Source of the DNA: Glaucostegus cemiculus
Lineage: Eukaryota
Assembly (NCBI GenBank): GCA_976551045.1
Contig: CDPCPM010000045.1
Span: forward strand, 15,066,001-15,130,000
DNA: 64,000 nucleotides
Reading direction: 5' to 3'
This document shows positions 26,801 to 41,800 of this stretch, in pieces. Numbering within the stretch: position 1 is the stretch's first letter; each line of letters starts with the position of its first letter. The notes below the pieces were generated by a model. It was given only the letters and a program-made list of their open reading frames with translations, made no database searches and had not been told where the DNA came from. Made by a program: the position numbers and the translations under genes.

Positions 26801-29800
26801 CACCCTAATCTGGGCTGACTCAAAGCTTTGCTTCTAACCCATCCAGAGACCCTGGTCTTTGCTTTCACCATTGACTGCTTGGCTTCTGCTATTTTTCCTC
26901 TCTACTGTGCCAAATGAAAGGCAAAGCTAGATCTTCTGGAGGGAAGGACTCTTGCACAAATCTTGCATAAACTTTGCACAAACTATCTTTCCTTGCTTCA
27001 CCATATGTTAAGTTTGAATATATTAGCCTCAAGTGTGCCACCAGTCCCTGCTCATCACTATTGGTGTCCGGGTGCAGACTACCCCCATTAAGGGTGCCAT
27101 CTTAGGCTATGCTCCATTCTCATTTTTCCCAGTGTTTGCAACACTTGCTGGGTTTGCGGCACTTTCTCCAGTGCTACAACAAATCTCCTGGAGTTTGCAA
27201 CATTCCTCATGTTTATAGCGCTTCTTGTGGTGTTTGCAACACTTCTTCCTGATGTTTGCAGCTCTTCTCTTACTGACTGTATACAGTTTCATCAGACATT
27301 AGAACATAATAGTTAATCACTTTCGTACTTAAAATAATGTAGTTGTAGGATGGAAAAAAGTGTGATAACTTACAGACTATTTATTGCATTGTTTATGTCC
27401 TGTATTACCATGCCTGGTTGGATAAATGAATGACAACTTGTAGATCTTAAGCAAGACTAGATTATCAACGTGCGTCTGAATGAACGAACAAAAGTGGAAG
27501 CACATGATTGAAAGATTCCAGAAGTGGGAAATTTCATTCAAAATGTAATTAAATGTGTGTATCTGAGGATTTCTGTTGGAAAAGCTATTCTATTCTATAA
27601 ATGCAGGTGTTGACTCAGAATTAAACAGCAACAATTGTAAGAAGGAAAAAAAAATTAAAAAAATGCAGGTGGAGTTCAGTCTGGAGAAGTGTGAGGTGGT
27701 ACACTTTGGAAGGACAAACTCCAAGGCAGAGTACAAAGTTAAGGGCAGGATTCTGGGTAGTGTGGAGGAGCAGAGGGATCTGGGGGTCTATATCCACAGA
27801 TCCCTGAAAGTTGCCTCATAGGTGGATAGGGTAGTTAAGAAAGCTTATGGGATGTTAGCTTTCATAACTCGTGGGATCGAGTTTAAGAGCCACGAGGTAA
27901 CGATGCAGCTCCACAGAACTCTGGTTAGACTGCACTTAGAGTACTGTGTCCAGTTCTGGTCCCCTCATTATAGGAAGGATGTGGAAGTGTTGAAAAGGAT
28001 GCAGAGGAGATTTACCAGGATGCTGCTTGGATTGGAGAGTATGCATTATGAGGAGAGACTAAGGGAGCTAGGGCTTTACTCTTTGGAGAGAAGGAGGATG
28101 AGAGGAGACATGATAGAGCTACAAAATATTAAGAGGAATAGGTAGAGTAGATAGCCAGTGCCTCTTTCCCAGGGCACCAATGCTCAATACAAGAGGGCAT
28201 GGCTTTAAAGTAATGGGTGCTATCAGAGGAAGGTTTTTCACCCAGAGAGTGGTTGGGGCATGGAATGTGCAGCCTGGAGTGGTGGTGAAGGCAGGTACAT
28301 TGGTCAAATTCAAGAGATTGCTAGATAAGCATATGGAGGAATTTAAAATAGAGGGATATGTGGGAGGAAGGGGTTAGATAGTCTTAGGCAAGGTTTAAAG
28401 GTCGGCACAACATTGTGGGCTGAAGGGCCTGTATTGTGCTGTACTATTCTATGATTCTCTCAGCATTTGCATCACTTCTCCTGGAGTTTGAAACACTTGT
28501 CCTGTTTGTAACACTTCTGGTGTTTGCAACATTTCCTCCTCAAGTTTCCAACATTTCTTCCAGAGTTTGCAAAATTTCTCATGGAGTTGACACTACTTCT
28601 CCTAATTTTTGCACTTTTCCTGATACTTGCAACACTTCTCCCAGAGTTTGCAACCTCTCTCTTATTATTTGCAACATTTTTCCTGGTGTTTGCAACACTT
28701 CTAATGTTTGCAAAATCCATTACTAATGCTTGCAACACTTGTCAGTGTTGTTTGCAACACTTTTCCCCAGTCTTTGCCTCTCTTCTCCCCATTATTGACA
28801 AACTTCTCTCTGGAGTTTTCAACACTTCTTCCGGTTTTGACAACACTACTTCTTAATGTTAGAAATGCTTCTCCTAGTGCTTGCAACACTTCTTCCTGTG
28901 ATTGCAACACTTCTCCCAGTGTTTGCAACACTTCTCCTGGTACTTGCAACACTCCTCCCTGTGTATGTAACACTCCTCCCAGTGTTTGCAACACTCCTCC
29001 CTGTGTATGTAACGCTCCTCCCAGTGTTTGCAACACTCCTCCCTGTGTATGTAACGCTCCTCCCAGTGTTTGCTACACTCCTCCCTGTGTATGTAACACT
29101 CCTCCCAGTGTTTGCAACACTCCTCCCTGTGTATGTAACACTCCTCCCTGTGTATGTAACACTTCTTCCTGTGTATGCAACACTTCTCCCTGTGTTTACA
29201 ACTCTTTTCCCAGTGTTTGCAACACTCCTCCCATTGTATGTAACACTAACACTGATGTTTGCAACTCTTTTCCCTGATGTTTGCAAAACTTCACCCTGGT
29301 GTTTGTAGCACTTCTCCCCACTTTTACAGCACCTAACCGGAGTCTGTCTTCATAAGACATGGCTTGACATTGGTGGGACTTGCCAATATTATGCCTGTGG
29401 CATCTCACCGTATTGCAAGCCGTCTGCTGCAGCATCCACACTCATTACTATGTCCAATCCATTTATATGAATGGTAGTCTGAAATCTCTGCAGCCTACAA
29501 TTATGTCACCAGCAGTGGTGTAGATGATGTTCTACCAGCATTCCTCTTTGTCATTGTTAGCTTCAGTGGTATTTGGACAACTCTGTGTTTGTATTTGATA
29601 GGCTTATTTCTCTGCAATGTTTCAGCCATGTTCTGTTTCCTTTTGAACCTTAGTGCCAGATTTTAAATTTTCTTACAGTTACAATGCAGGCTGCTTTGGA
29701 TGGACAGGTAGAAGCTACCTAGTCTCCCTGACATTGGTAACTTGTCCTTTGTCCTTTTGCAATCATGTGCCCCGTGGTTTTCGCACCTCTTGGGTTTCTG

Positions 29801-32800
29801 TGGTTAGCTAGCATCAAGCCAAAACTACCTTTAATGCCCAAAGGTCCAGGTCTTGATGGAGAAGATGTGGCTAATACTGCCACTACTGCCTGCACATCTG
29901 CACCTTGAGCTGCCAAAACTCCTTCACATTTCCTTTACTTAACAATTCTCCTTGCTTTTTCAAAAGTATTGACTTGTGTGTTTGAAGACTTTGGCCTGTA
30001 TTTGCTCATTCAACCACACATTAATCTGTTCTCCAAAGCTATGAGCAAGAATGTTTCAAAATTATACCGTCTTACTATGTCCTTCAGACTGAAATTGTAA
30101 TCCCCAGTTCCCTCCTCTAGCATCTGATTCTGAGCACCAAAATTATAATTTAAAAATATTTTGATCAATGCTGAGTTGAAATGCACTTTTAGCAACCCAA
30201 TAATCTCATCAACTGGTTTATTACTTTGAAAAATTGGTGCCAACCGGTTTTTTAGTGGTGCATAAATATTGGAGACTATCTCTACTAATTAAATGCCTCC
30301 AAATCCCTGCACCTTGTTCTCTAACAGTGTCACCTATGGCCTCTACAAAGCTATTAGCCCTAAGAAACATGGCTAAATGCTCCAAGTAAATGCAAACACC
30401 CCTAGCACTTTATCATAGATTCCATTTGTGCCATTTCTGCCATCTCTTTCTTGGCTCCATTTTGTGTGTGTTAATCATATAACAATTTTGAGGACTATCT
30501 TCTGTTTCAAATTTGCAAACTCTCCTACTTTTATTGTCTACATTTTGGGACTTCCATGTCTCCCAGTCTAGTCACTGAGTTGTGGATTCTTCTGAACAGA
30601 TATGAAGGAAAGCATCACTTTCACCTTCGATCACTCACACAGGCAGGGAACATCAAGTGAAACACTCTGGCAGTCAGTCTTCAACCAAAAGTGTTTGCAT
30701 GGTACAGCAGCATTTCAATGATTGATCAGGTGATATAATCATTTAGGTCAGAGCAACCCCACCATTCTTAAATTAATAGTTACCCTTGCAGCTTTTAGAC
30801 ATACACCACAATTCTGAAACCAGGCATAATAAGGATCACTTTCTACCTCAATGTGTTTAAAACTCACTATTTTTAAGTATCTCATTACAAACCAATTCAA
30901 TATTCTTTGAACTGCAAATTCTCAAAGTAACTGCTCCCTTTCTTTAGATAAAAGTTATTTAAACATCTTCAAACGCCAATTGCAAACTTACAATAAGTGG
31001 AAAAGGAAGACTGATGTTAGAGTTTGATATCTGATAGCTTCTATTTCTAATTTACTGAAAAGGGATGTTGAATCTCTAAAAGGGGTGTAAGATGAGCTAA
31101 GGGCTTTGGAGGAATTTCATACAGCTGGAACACTTTCCATAGAGTGGGATGCTGGAAGTTTGCGGAAATCCCACATTGATTTATTCTGACATCCAGATGA
31201 CTCTTATTTCACCACAATAGCTGATTCCTGAATAGAATAGAACTTTCCTCATTAGACTTTATCCCTCCACATTATTTCCCAGGCAGTTTTACTCCTACGC
31301 TGACTCTGGCAGGCACTTGTGAATTCAATCCTAAGAGGGTTAATTCTACGAGTCAGGCACCCTGCTATCTTTCTTTCCATCTCCCCTGGGTCCCCACGCA
31401 TTGTTTTCACTGAGCAAAGGCCCACATTCACTTCCCTTGCATGCACCAAGCTACTTTCAGTTGTTTGCTGGGAAGTGCACAAAAACAGACTTGTTGGCAT
31501 GCTCACTAATTTTCTATCTTTTCAATAACCAAACGCCTGGCCTCAAGTTCACAGCTTTAAGCATCCTGTGGGATCGCAGATCTGGTCTCAATACAAAATT
31601 TGTGGAATAGTGTGATGCTTTGGTGAAATTTACACACAACCAAGATGTGATGAAATGTGGAACATGCCAATTGTCCTAAAATGTTGTATGATTAGGTTCC
31701 AACATATTCCGAGCTGCTGGAACAATTTGGTTTGCATATCTATTGCTTGAAAAAAATACAAAGAAATTTTGTCTTTTTGGTTCAGTAATATAAAGGTAAA
31801 TATGTCATAATATATTCATTTAGCCCTCCCTGGTGAAAACGCTCAATAGTCTGTCAACATTGGTTTATTCTTGTCACATGTACTGAGATACAATGAAAAC
31901 CTTTTTTACATGCTATCCAGACAGATCATGCATAAGTACATCAAGGCAGTAAAAAGAAAACATAATGCAGAATATGCTACAGTTTCAGAGAAAGTGCAGT
32001 GCAGGTAGACTGTTTTAATCCCAGATAGAGAAACTTGATGTCAAGTCAAAACCCAAAAACTTGACCGTATCTGGTTTTCTTTAGCTTCAGTTGAACCATT
32101 TGATGGAATGTAATACAGCATTTTAAAAACGTAGTTTTTGAAGTGCTCACATAGATAAAGGATTTTGGAGCAAATGGACAGAAATAAAGAAGTAGGTAGT
32201 TAAAAAGCCTTCATGATTGTGGAATCAAAAACTCATACAGCACAAAAGGCGATCATTCAGCCCACATGGCTATGCCAGCTCTTTCAATGAGCCGAGCAGT
32301 TGATTCCATTTCTCTGCTCCTTCCCCATAGCCCTCCAAATGTTTGCTTTTCAAATATATTGAGAGTTAATCCCCAACCTGCTTCTTCAATCCATTCAGGT
32401 AGTGTATTCCAAATCAGACCTACTTGGTGTGTAAAGAAAATCCTATCCAGTTTCCCCTTTGTTTATTTTGTTGGTCAGTGAACTGCCAGCATTACCTGCA
32501 TAAGTCCCAAAGAGTTTGAAACCTTGATGCTTAAAGATTGGAACACACAAGTCCTGAAGTTGCAGAGAGATTCCTGCCAATGAATCTGTCACTGTGCTTC
32601 ACTGCTGGACTCCATATGGAGTTCAACTGTGACAAACTTGCTGGAATTCCACAGGATTTATGCTGGAAAAACTGCCGTTAGGTTCTTGGAGGGTCATCAA
32701 GTTCGTTTATTCAACAACATTTTTGAATACTCTGAATGTTGTGGCCAGTTGGACCACAACCAAACATGGCAACACTGCACAAGAACGTGCAGCAGCTTAA

Positions 32801-35800
32801 AGAGATGCCTATCAGCATCTTCTTTGGCTAATTAGGTGCCAGGAGCAAAGTGCAGTTTTGTTGGCAATATTCACACCCCAAATACAAAAGAGGGAGGTTT
32901 TTTATTTAAAGCTGCAGTAGAGATTTACAGACCATGATGTAAAAACTGTGGAGATATGGCTCCAGCTGTGTGAACAAGATTGTAATGTCTCCCTGAATGG
33001 TTACGCAGCACGGAGTCTTCAAACTCCTACTAATGTGATAAGACCCCTTTAACACTTTAATCCACGCACTGGATGTATGGCTTGTTCCTTATTATATGGT
33101 CATTAAGTGGAGGAGCCTTGAGGACAAAGTGCCCATGTTAAACACAACTCCTGTTGCATTTTGGAACTGCAGAGAGGGGTCAGGAAGCCGAAGGGGTTTC
33201 TGTGACCTGTTCATCCATACACCCAGCTGAAAAAATAATACATTTGTTCATTTGGCTGAGGTTATTAAGAGTTAACAATACAGAAAAGTAATGCAGGCAA
33301 TGTTAAAAGAGGTGCATTGCTTTAATTGATTACAATCTTGTTTTTGGAGTTCCTTTTTTAAAATTTTCAAACATATCTTTAAAAATAAATGCAATAGTCA
33401 GATTGGATTTTTCTGCAATCATTCATGAAACTAATGGAGTCCACCTCCATATACAGTGACTATATAAAAGCAAACCACTGTGCATAGTCATTAGCTACAA
33501 GCTCAGTCCCCACTGTGCAAAGGTGATGGATTATCCATTTGTCCTAACCACAAATAACTTTATCAGCTCCACTTACTTAGTTCTTAAAATTCAGTTTCCC
33601 TGCTGTACAAAAGTTGAAGTCCAAAGAAAACATCTCTGGTCTCGTTGACCAGCCTGTGTGCTCTCATAAGGTCCGGTTAGTTAACAATATGTTACATCCT
33701 GAACCCTGCAAAGGGAAGGAATCGGTAGCATTTATGTTTGATTTCCCTTGTATGTGAATCCAAATCATGACCAGATGTGGCTTCGCAGAGCCCTCCAGCA
33801 GTATGTCTCCCACTCAGCTCCTTCTAAGGGCAAATTTCAATTGCACTTTCTTACCACAATTTTAATTTCACATCAAATTGTAAGTTCAGAAATTCCCAGA
33901 CACAAGTGAACCACAATGCAGAGGAGACAGTGAATGAAAATGAACAATAACTGAACAATACTCTTCCATCAAAATACTGATGCCACAGATTTTGTTTGGT
34001 CAGCCTCCTGAAAGGCAACCTGGAAGCTGTAACTGTTGAACTCGACGTGTTGTTGTTGCAACATGGCATTTTTCGGCATTTTAATGTGTGTTTAATGTTT
34101 CCCACTCACTTACATGACCATATTTCTCCATATTCCTCTTCCTCTCATCCGAAGCTGATCAGGAGTAGCTTCTCTGTAACTTTTGTTATTATCTATTTTC
34201 TTTTCTTATCTGCTTTAAAGAAAGATGTGAACTTCGATTACTTCAGCAGCGGCTATCTGTCCAGCCTTTTGGAATGTGTCTTTCATTTTGAGTTCATGAA
34301 CTGCTGCAACTTTAGTTGAACCAGATAACTGAGCCAAACTCCAGCTGCAATTCCTGAGTGACCTCTTTGCATAAGTAATCCAGGAAGATTTAATCTACAG
34401 CACATTGATGTCAGCTATGGAAAAAGGACTTGAAGCACCCACATAACTGACAATCAAGCTAACAACTCACAAACAAATTTATGCAGGGTGTCCAGTGAAT
34501 GAACTGTTCCATTACAAAAGCACAAAATGGACACAGACGCTGTACCAGAGCTTGCTTTAGGCCAGATAGTAACAACCTCTGTATCAAACATAGATGAATA
34601 AGAAATGTAAACCATCCATCAAGAGGCAATTTTATTTTGTAATTTAAATTTCATTTGACTACTTGGTCCCATGCTTTCCACGCTAGGTAACTGGTATTAA
34701 GGCATGATAAAATAAATTAAAAACATTCCTAACAAGCTCTGTGTGTTTTTAATCCTGCAGGTAGACTTGGGATTCCTACAGCATGTCTCTGCAATAGCAA
34801 CACAGGGCGCTGTCTCCAAAGAAACCAAGCGGGTGTATTTCATCCAGACCTATAAAGTTGATGTGAGTTCTAATGGTGAAGACTGGATCACTGTGAAAGA
34901 AAAAAATAAGCAAAAGGTAAGATGTTGGAACAAAATATCTCTCACATTAACTCTTTTCCTTTCTCTCCCCAGATGCTATTGAAATTTAAATTTCCTGCAT
35001 TTTTATATGTTTTCATTATCTTTTACTTCCAATGCGTTCATAACATTCTTTCTTGGAAAATAAATGTCTGGTAAATATCGTTGCAACGTAACACTCTGCC
35101 TGCCCCTCAACTTTTAATTTAAAATGAACAGGTGGCATGGTGGTGCAGCATTTAATGCTGCTGCCTCACACCACAGAGTCTCAGGTTCAATTCTGACCTC
35201 AGCTGCTGACTGTGCAGAGTTTGCATGTTCTCTGAGTGAGTTTCTCCCGGGTGCTCTGGTTTCCTCTGAAAGACATGCTGGTAGGTTAATTGTCTACTGT
35301 AATTACTGTAAAAAGGAAGTTATTGAGCATTTGAGGGAGAACAAATTGTGCTCCCTCAACTGCACGGTGAATGGACGACATGCACGGTAGTGCAGTGGTT
35401 AGCATAATGCTATTATAGCACCAATGACCTGGGTTCAATTCCAGCCACTGTCTGTAAGGAGTTTGTACGTTCTCCCTGTGTGGGTTTGCTCCAGGTGCTC
35501 CGGTTTCCTCCCACATTCCAAAGACGTACAGGTTAGGAAGTTGTGGGCGTGCTATGTTGGCGCCGGAAGCGTGGCAACACTTGCGGGCTGCCCCCCCAGA
35601 ACACTCTACGCAAAAGGTGCATTTCACTGTGTGTTTTGATGTACACTTGACTAATAAAGGTATCTGATCTGATCTGAATTGCAGGAGTAGAGGAAACTAC
35701 AGGGAGAGGGTTGGGACTGATGGGATTTGTCTGCTGTGGGAGCTGGTATGGAGCCAAAAGGCTGAATGGCCTTCTGTGTGGTAATAAGTAGGCAAGCATT

Positions 35801-38800
35801 CATTCACCCACATCTGTGAAGGTAGTATATATTACTGGTGCTGAAGTAAAGTGCTTCCTCAGAGATAGAAATCTTGCTGTAAGCCAAAGCTGATTGGATG
35901 GAATTCTCTAGAATCCCACATTGTAAACAATAACAACTTCAATTTACATAGCATTTTAAAATAGCAAAGATATCTCGAGATGCTCAACAGAGCTGATGTC
36001 AAACAGAGAAATTGATGGGTTATGTGAGACATGAGGGCAAATGGCCAAAGATATGGTCAGAGCAGTGGGCTTGCAGCAGCATGTTAAAGAGAGATAGGAG
36101 GCAAAGAGGTGAAAAGATTATGGAGGAAATTCAAGGGCTTAGAGACCAGGCAACTGATGCATGCGGTATAAGGGTACATGCTGAGGGATGCACTGAGGCT
36201 CAGTGCAGCCATAACAAAGGACCACAGTCTATGTCCTGCTGCCACTGGACACTGAGGGGTTGGCCCTGTTTAACAGACTCTCAAACACATCATGGGTGCA
36301 TCGTTTAAAGAGGAAACGTGAACAGAGTTGATGTTTTGGAAGAGAATGTATTGAATTGATGGTACAATGAATGAAAGATGCAAACTGATTATATTACTGC
36401 ACGGTAGCATAATGGTTAGCACAATGCTTTACAGCGCCAGCGACCCGGGTTCAAATCTAGCCACTGTCTGTAAGGAGTTTGTACATTCTCCCCGTCTCTG
36501 TGTGGGTTTCCTCCAGGTGCTCCGGTTTCCTCCCACATTCCAAAGACGTATAACTTAGGAAGTTATGGACATGCTATGTTGGAGCTAGAAGCGTGGCGAC
36601 GTTTGCAGGCTGCCCCTCCCAAAATCACTACACAAAAGATGTATTTCACTGTGTGTTCCGATGTACATGTGACTAATAAAGATCTTATCTTATCTGAATA
36701 AAGTACATTTTTGAAATGAAAATATTAAATTTAGTGAGTTGCAAGGCTAGAATGCAATGAGTAGTGAAATCTCAGAGCTGGAGGAGATTATAGAGATGGG
36801 GAGAAGGGAGACCATGGAAGGAAAAGAATTTAGAAATCGAGGCAGAAAGCATTCATGCAATTTTTTGATTAATGGGTTATGAAGAAGTGACTTGCATGAA
36901 ATTAGTGGATTAGATGACCCTTCCATCCAACCTCCTGCACGTACTGAGCAGGACAATTACCCATAAATGAGCAAATTATAATTTTACTACTAATAGCTCT
37001 TGTATCCCATTAATTGTGAAACATGAGGTAAATGGAAATATATATAATTCCATAGAGATTGTAATTGAAATAAAATGAAAACATAACATGCAATGTCAGG
37101 CAAGAACCTCCCAGTAAGCAGGAATGAGTAGCCTACAACTTTCCAATGTTATATTTGATCTATTTCCTTCAGTGAACCATTAGCGAGGTCAGTATTTTCA
37201 ATGGGGGCAGAGTGAAGTGGTGCATACGTCAGTCATCTGTACCTATCAAGCTCGCTCTTGCTCTATTCTGCACTCTTCCATTATTCTGTAAAGGCTACAC
37301 CCACAAAATCATTTTTAACTTTTGTTTGTCCCCTTGAGTTGGAACTAATTGCATTTGAACTAATTGCATTTAAACTTCTGCACATACTTAAACCAGAGAT
37401 TCAATCCTTCACTCCTCAGGGTGATCAATAATTCGACTCTGAATGAGTTTCAAGTTAAACTCAAGATTACATTCAGAAATCCTAAATCCTGACATCAACT
37501 GCAGATCTGATTTTAATTGCTGACATTCTCAATTATCCAGTCTTTTCCACCAGACGATCAATTCAAACACCTTCAGTTGCCAAGCTGCTACCTGTGGAAT
37601 TCTCTCCTTGAGCCATTGTGCTACATTATCTCTCTCTCTCCTTTTGTAAAATGCTCCTTAAACTTTACCTCTTTGACTTAGCGACTGGTTGCCCTCCGAT
37701 GTTTAGCGTGGTGACAAAATGTGTCTGAGCGATTCCATTATGAGGAGGGACTGGATATTCTGGGTTTGTTTTCCTTGAGTAGAGGAGGCTGAGGGTGATC
37801 TTGATGGAGCTGTATAAAATTATCAGATAGAGTCCTTATTAGGAAACTTTGCCCATAGCAGATGCAGCTAAAAAAACTTGGGCACACATCTAAGGAAGGG
37901 TGAAATTGGTAAATTGGCTTGTCATTGTCACTTATGCTGAGCTACAGTGAAAAACGTTGTTTTGCATGCCATCCATACAGATCGTTTCATCACATCAGTG
38001 CATTGAGGTAGTACAAGAGGTTTAGAGGAGTACTGAGGAAGAACTTCCTCACCCAGAGGGTAGTTGCAATCTGAAATGCACAGTGTGAGTGGGTGGTGGG
38101 GACTAGTACTCCCATAACATTTAAGAAGTATGTAGATGAGCACATGAATCAGAATCAGAATCAGTTTTTATTGTCACAACCATATACATACATAGTATGC
38201 ATAGGAGCGAGATACCATCCTCCTCAGGTGCTCGTCCCATAAAATAACATAACAACCAACAGAGACACACATACACACTTGACAGAATAAACATTACAAA
38301 ACATTAGACATTAAAAGCTACGGAAGTTAAAATTAAATTAGTACGCAGATTAAATTAAAAATGGCCGGTAAATAAATAAATAGTTATTAAAGTGAACGGG
38401 CTGGTGTCGGGCATTTAAAGTGCTGGTGCATTTCTGTGCACCTAGCATCTCTTAGTGTTAACAAAGGAAGATGGAGGGATGAGAGAGTTTGCAGTTCTGA
38501 TGGCTTGCGGAAAGAAGCTATTGTTCAGCCTGGTCGTTCTTGCCCTGATACATTTAAGCCTCCTCCCTGATGGCAAAATTGTGAAGAGGTGGTGGGAGGG
38601 GTGAGAAGGGTCGGCCATTATGCTTTTGGTCTTCTTCACACAACGGTCTTTGTATACGTCTGCGAGGGATGGAAGCGAGACACCTATCTTCTGGAGGGAC
38701 TTCCGCCCAGCAGCTGAGCAGCTTCCAAACCAAACAGTGATACACTGAGTTAGGATGCTCTCAATGGTCCCCCTATAGAAGGTTTTCATGATGGAGGGAT

Positions 38801-41800
38801 GGGGGTACGCTTTCCTCAGTCTCCGCAGGAAGTAGAGGCGTTTCTGAGCTTTCTTCGTGAGGGCCGTAATGTTAGTGGACCAGGTCAGGTCGTCGGTGAT
38901 GTGAACCCCCGGGAACTTGGTGCTGTGTACTTGTTCCACAGCAGACCCGTTGATGGTCAGCAGGGCGTGCACACGGTGACCCCTCCTAAAATCCACTATC
39001 ATCCCTTGGTTTTATCCACATTCAAGGAGAGGTTGTTGTCATGGCACCACATGGTTAGTTGTTTCACCTCCTCTCTGTAGTCCGACTCATCGTCATTCGT
39101 GACAAGACCCACCACTGTCGTGTAATCGGCAAATTTAACAATGCGGTTGGAGCTGGATCTGGCCTCACAGTCGGAAGTCAACAAGGTGAACAGGAGCGGA
39201 CTGAGCACACAACCCTGTGGGGAGCCACTGCTCAGCGTGATGGTGCTTGAGGCGTTTTCACCAATTTTGACTGACCGCGGCCTGCAAGTTAGAAAATCCA
39301 GTATCCAGTTGTAGAGAGGAGAGTTAATGCCCAGAGCGCTCAACTTCCTGATTAGCTGTTGCGGGATGATGGTATTGAAAGTGGAGCTGAAGTCGATGAA
39401 TAGCAGTCGGCAGTATGAGTCCTTCTTCTCTAAGTGATATAGTGCAGAGTGCATGGCAGAGGAGACTTCATCATCGGTGGACCTGTTTGCCCGATAAGCA
39501 TACTGATGAGGATCCAAGGATGGGGGGAGGATGGCTCTAATGTGCTTCATAACTAGCCTCTCAAAGCATTTCATGACAATCGGTGTTAGAGCTATGGGAC
39601 GGTAGTCATTCAGACAACATTGGAGGAGACTTCTTAGGAACAGGTATGATGATGGCAGATTTTAGGCACTTAGGAACAACAGCCTGCTGTAGGGAGATGT
39701 TGAAGATGTCAGCCAGTACATCTTTAAGCTGGTCTGCACAGTCCCTAAGTATCCGCCCCGGTATGTTATCCGGTCCTGCAGCCTTTCGAGGGTTAACCTG
39801 TAAAAGGGCTTTCCCCACACTGGCTGGGGTGAGTCTCAAAGCCTGTTCTTCTGGCGAAGGCTGGGCTTTCGAGGCAGGTGTATTGTTCATGGCCTCAAAC
39901 CTTGCATAAAATTCATTCAACTGGTCTGGTAGTGATGAGTCACCATCACAAACCTGGGGTGGAGCTTTGTAGTCAGTGATGACCTGGATTCCCTTCCACA
40001 GGCGCCTCGCATCCCTGTCGTTGGTGAAATTATTATTTATGTTTTCTGCATATTGTCGTTTTGCCTTTTTAATACCCCGAGGCAGATCCTTCCTTGCAGA
40101 CTTCAGAGCTTCCTCATCCCTCGCCCTGAAAGCTGCATCTCTGGTACGTAGCAGACAGCGAACCTCCCCAGTCATCCAGGGCTTCTGATTTGCCCTCACT
40201 GTAGTCACTTTGTCCACAGTTACATCCTCAGTGCACTTTCTGATGTAGCATAGACGGCCAAGGGCCGACAGCTGATAAATAGGATTGGTATAGATAGGTT
40301 GGCAAGGACAGGGAGGGTCTAAGGGCCTGTTTCGGTGCTGTATGACTCCATGACACATGGGGCTTCTGCTAAAATGATGGCTTAATTGGAAGCATCCACA
40401 CCTCTGAGTTAGAAGGTTAGTAGGTTCAAGACTCACTCCAACAACTTGAACTCAAAAAACAATCTAAGCTGACCCAGTGATCGGCCCTGAGGGACTATTG
40501 TACAATTGGAGGTACAATTCTTTAAATGCAGTGTCCTGCCAAATAAAAAGTTGTGTGGAACTGTTTTGAAGAAGGGCTGGGATTTATTCCTGGTGTACTG
40601 GCCTATATTTATCTCTCGACTAACATGAGAGAAATGGTGTAATGTAGAAACCTGCTGTGCACAAATTGGCTGATGCATTCCGTACATTATGACAATGAGC
40701 ATACTCATTGGCTGTAAACCCCTCCGTGAATTATGAAAAATGCAATATAAATCCATATTCTTTCCACTGAAACACCTTATGTTTTCTGTATATGTTGATG
40801 ACAACACAGGCAGTAAACATTAAGATGGTGAGGCGAAGGCTCTTGACCTTAGGATTCATGTCAATACTCATAATGTATAAATCTAAGCACCACAGAGAGG
40901 TAGTTAGCATTTTGCCTGAGATGTGCCTTCTTAAACAGCCAATGACGGCCACATCAGGAAAATATTGGCTAGTTCCTGAATTTGCAGGTGTACCTTCAAT
41001 AAAAGGCCTTGCTGGCAACTTAAGAATCCTGAAAAGTAAATTTAAAAATATCTTTAGTTCTTCAGGCATCATTTCCCCAACATGACACCAAGATACCCTA
41101 CCTTCCAATCTTCACCCCACAACCCTCCAGTTGCAGTCCCAGTGCACAAATTCACCATCCTCACTCCTGACTTCCCAACTGGCCACAGCCCATGACAGAG
41201 GCCCCACAATCCACCAACCCAGCCACTTACCACATCACTATTAACCTCCCACATTCCCACCCAACCCTTCCCAGATCACCTTTCCCCTCACCCTTGCACT
41301 TCCCTGACCTCGAGCCCCTATCCATTCACTTTCCTGATGTCTACCCACAATCCCAGTCCTGAACTTACAATCCTCTCTTCCACTCCGCAGGCCTGATCTT
41401 GCCTGCCAAATTCAAAGTCGAGCTTATTGTCATATGCACAAGTATGCACAGGTGCAGTGGAAAACTCACTTGCAGCAGCATCACAGGCACATAGCATCAG
41501 ATACACACCACTCACAGGATAAGCATAAATTATACATAAATTGTACAAGAATTATTTATTCAGTCCCTTCACCACCTGGGGCATGTACTTGGTTGAACTA
41601 CCCAATTCCAGGACCCAGTCCTCCAGCATTAGCCACAGACCTCTCTCTCTTCATGCACCAACTCTCCAACTCAGCTTTACAACTGCATTTCACCCTTTCA
41701 GTAGCACTCAAGGCCTGCTACAGAAATTTGCACCAATGTAGCCCACAACCAGAATGGTTGTTCATGTATCATTGCTATAAACATCAAGCACACTCGGTAG

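Noticed and set aside
28436-29308. Cys/Thr/Pro-rich repetitive ORFs resembling antifreeze or keratin-associated proteins, or a CRISPR-like array
   Set aside because: They are a by-product of a 21-bp tandem unit open in several frames on both strands. There are no unique spacers, no cas genes and no gene structure.
34754-34770. AG|GT junctions at the start of exons 7, 8 and 12 as recursive splice sites
   Set aside because: Explained by Val/Gly codons, and the following bases are poor donor matches.
38442-40436. Three long ORFs as an intact reverse transcriptase gene or nested host gene
   Set aside because: 5'-truncated Rex1 LINE with frameshifts and a mutated catalytic motif; the N-terminal part of the 276-aa ORF is chance read-through from flanking repeat.
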